DNA from: Polymyxa betae A26-41
Lineage: Eukaryota; Protista; Endomyxa: Phytomyxea
DNA: 64,000 nt
NCBI GenBank assembly: GCA_003693705.1
Contig: RBZT01000313.1
Location: 62,001 to 126,000, forward strand
Direction of reading: 5' to 3'
Below are positions 63,201 through 64,000 of this stretch, in pieces (the first letter of the stretch is position 1; every line of letters begins with the position of its first letter). The notes below the pieces were generated by a model. The model was given only the letters and a program-made list of their open reading frames with translations. It was not told where the DNA came from and searched no databases. Both the position numbers and the translations under genes were made by a program.

Positions 63201-64000
63201 ATCACAGGCTTCTGGTTGTAGCTGACTAAAGCTGACCTAGCTTCTGTAGTAGTGACTTCAGGCCAACATTTTACGTGAGCAAGAACGTATTCAACAAAGA
63301 GAGGTCGTAACTCAGCGAAATAAAATTGCTCGCTGAACAATATGGTGATAGGCCCGCTGATCAACGATCGCGGCAGAATAGCCTGTCTTGTAATTCCAAC
63401 ACGAATCGACGAATGTATACTCTCCATGCATCTTTTCAGTTCATCCGTAACATTAGGGTATGGACAGTCGAAATAAACAATAGGTTGAAGGATAAACCGA
63501 ATCAGCTCAGACATCCAGGATGGACACAGGATGGGATAATTGCTACCAGATTTTGAGGATAAAAGAGGCAATTGTTCTTGCGCAACTAGATCCACGTCCT
63601 CAACGACAATTTGACTTTCAGATGGTAGAGTCATCCCGCCAGCAATGGCTAAATACAACTGGGAAGCAGAACATATCGTTATCAATCCGGTCCGAAAGCT
63701 TTTCTGATCCAAACGTAGAATCCTGCCTTCCGGTAGGCCTGGCCGATTGAAATAAAGACGCCACGATACAACAATTAGGATTGTAGGGCGAAAGACATTG
63801 CATAAGAATGTCGTGGCCATGATCAGATCAAAAGAATTCGGTAGCTGAAGTTGGTCTGAAGACCCCTCTAGAAGTGATGGTAGGTTACGATTAAAATTTT
63901 CGCCCATGGCATGCTCAGCATTGATCAAAGGCGAATATAAAGTGATGTTTGGAGCAGCTGCCGAAATCGACTTCCTTTTGAAACCGAGAACAGAGATCAA
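60245..64000 (-). CDS. Large hypothetical protein, C-terminal part (5' end outside window); weak resemblance to DUF3638/DUF3645-family giant proteins
   Basis: >1250 codons open with no intron. RDY...IAVPLVPHSVFADAEITIGLT resembles the DUF3645 AVP..S.F..PD..IGLT block. C-terminal coiled coil and basic tail. Confidence 0.6.
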   Translation of the reverse strand: MISVLGFKRKSISAAAPNITLYSPLINAEHAMGENFNRNLPSLLEGSSDQLQLPNSFDLIMATTFLCNVFRPTILIVVSWRLYFNRPGLPEGRILRLDQKSFRTGLITICSASQLYLAIAGGMTLPSESQIVVEDVDLVAQEQLPLLSSKSGSNYPILCPSWMSELIRFILQPIVYFDCPYPNVTDELKRCMESIHSSIRVGITRQAILPRSLISGPITILFSEQFYFAELRPLFVEYVLAHVKCWPEVTTTEARSALVSYNQKPVIRNERLQCARKWLDTYIAKCWSLSFGRDYTKSNEGIAVPLVPHSVFADAEITIGLTVIAADKQSYLADVLPVCCCHLPEHYQPEPVNGTPEWIQGLKNVHKIYRQQLELNECIEALDIRKGSDWTSALVGVLAFRKTQPSSNQAVVDVTGILDIAQGAEYLFVNGVPSISYCNASNNLMSIRGRYGVKHLDMEQANVVLINGSLVGLHQIQQSSRVTILADVFLSYNELEPVIYHLKQKNCTVRISLIASHNTFIAISLALVSPKSKTINDFRLSPSQYITFLKSKLAKYIPVRLHGSLPLMKTKAKSRTPESPSIFCKHIPTFMIPQLSPSKHSFQPQIAWLPAYRPLASLSLFSVQEPWPASSLYMSVGLIDTPNISSESIRYIPVLDLIVQSGNLLVAVTLEEALKISRNHQNESWAIRNISGTIIEVSKFFHLQPEDKYISNRLLPLQLIDGRLRCSIKFEDKVCQFLDYAAKLRYIGWNAIPWCQHIRSGLKRKAYVKQLLQWTWQRFRHSKGVESLPVPASCYEAVHNIGDALEWSIPSSDIVEFISVYTPTLFDVMMKDLMALDNEWNEERSNWIKETLAIAKLKSANDEAQRQKELTEKNQLLESAHIKDIEVALDTSIKTTHQARQEMFQSHLAKLRLHWRVWAEDGRSNEPPPVSLTAAAERQPQEHWEGPWRWQGFLLSFGREFERRQRHIDQIQLEFEIEVQDWLESMDAIWLRQDPGPADEPPPYKLWEQQHHTKIMLETEQMSSKVAPIRSPNLRDDHQNHLEAQKTLYSNRRSEIQRRLMQVVGCEEPKSCRDVLTTINISTLSEESIREICKILQDESELEQLERKSLELDAGIAESLDAFQKDMDRVAQTRQRLESFMQTFQLQKRHSTNEDEDIVPIKFNGIDQLTEYNRQALIRQGADHEMTKEDVFGLIQNQYSMISILPHPRAKAYHPSATEETSLKWPFVVPEGPVRKPKRGRFRRKRLKLAE

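Noticed and set aside
1-64000. Prokaryote-style systems (operons, CRISPR arrays, rRNA/tRNA genes, defence islands)
   Set aside because: Genes are spliceosomal-intron-containing eukaryotic orthologs. No repeat-spacer array, rRNA or tRNA was recognised by eye; tRNAscan/Infernal were not run.
1-64000. Numerous 60-160 aa ORFs antisense to or frameshifted within identified genes (e.g. 12340-12819, 32601-33023, 60579-60968)
   Set aside because: They are shadows of real exons on the opposite strand or in another frame, many with TTG/GTG starts and no family motifs.
1-64000. Apparent frameshifts and in-frame stops suggesting pseudogenes or a variant genetic code
   Set aside because: Where checked, they are explained by ~50 nt GT-AG introns that restore conserved motifs under the standard code.

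Overview
This is eukaryotic nuclear DNA, not prokaryotic. It is a very compact, gene-dense region with about 28 protein-coding genes broken by many short (~45-65 nt) spliceosomal introns, so the ORF track shows mostly exon fragments and antisense noise. Gene models were rebuilt by eye from splice sites and family motifs, so exon-level coordinates are approximate. Housekeeping genes include EXD2 (partial), a divergent CSN1, a GAF-GAF phosphodiesterase, mitochondrial SerRS, ESF1, SDHC, IFT70, a CID protein, GET3, an ABCA transporter, SAE1, LYRM4, INTS8-like, a CaMK-family kinase, ELG1/ATAD5, eIF3h, VAC14, RecQ, Sec3, TRF4, a DTW protein and DnaJ. Compactness, mid-40s% GC (by eye) and IFT70 suggest a flagellated protist, plausibly a plasmodiophorid plant parasite; this is an inference only. 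The best leads are a tail-to-tail pair of putative secretory proteins at 56.4-59.0 kb: a signal-peptide + VASt/StARkin-like + C-terminal-anchor protein that needs a GC-AG intron, and a papain-family protease whose catalytic Cys is replaced by Asn. Other leads are an ABCA with a nearly absent first exoplasmic domain, a Cys-rich GPI-type surface protein, an INTS8 lacking the WFEF motif, a nested DNA-transposon relic at 52.3-54.6 kb, a recurrent GTGAC(G) upstream motif, and convergent genes whose stops are only 16-56 bp apart.
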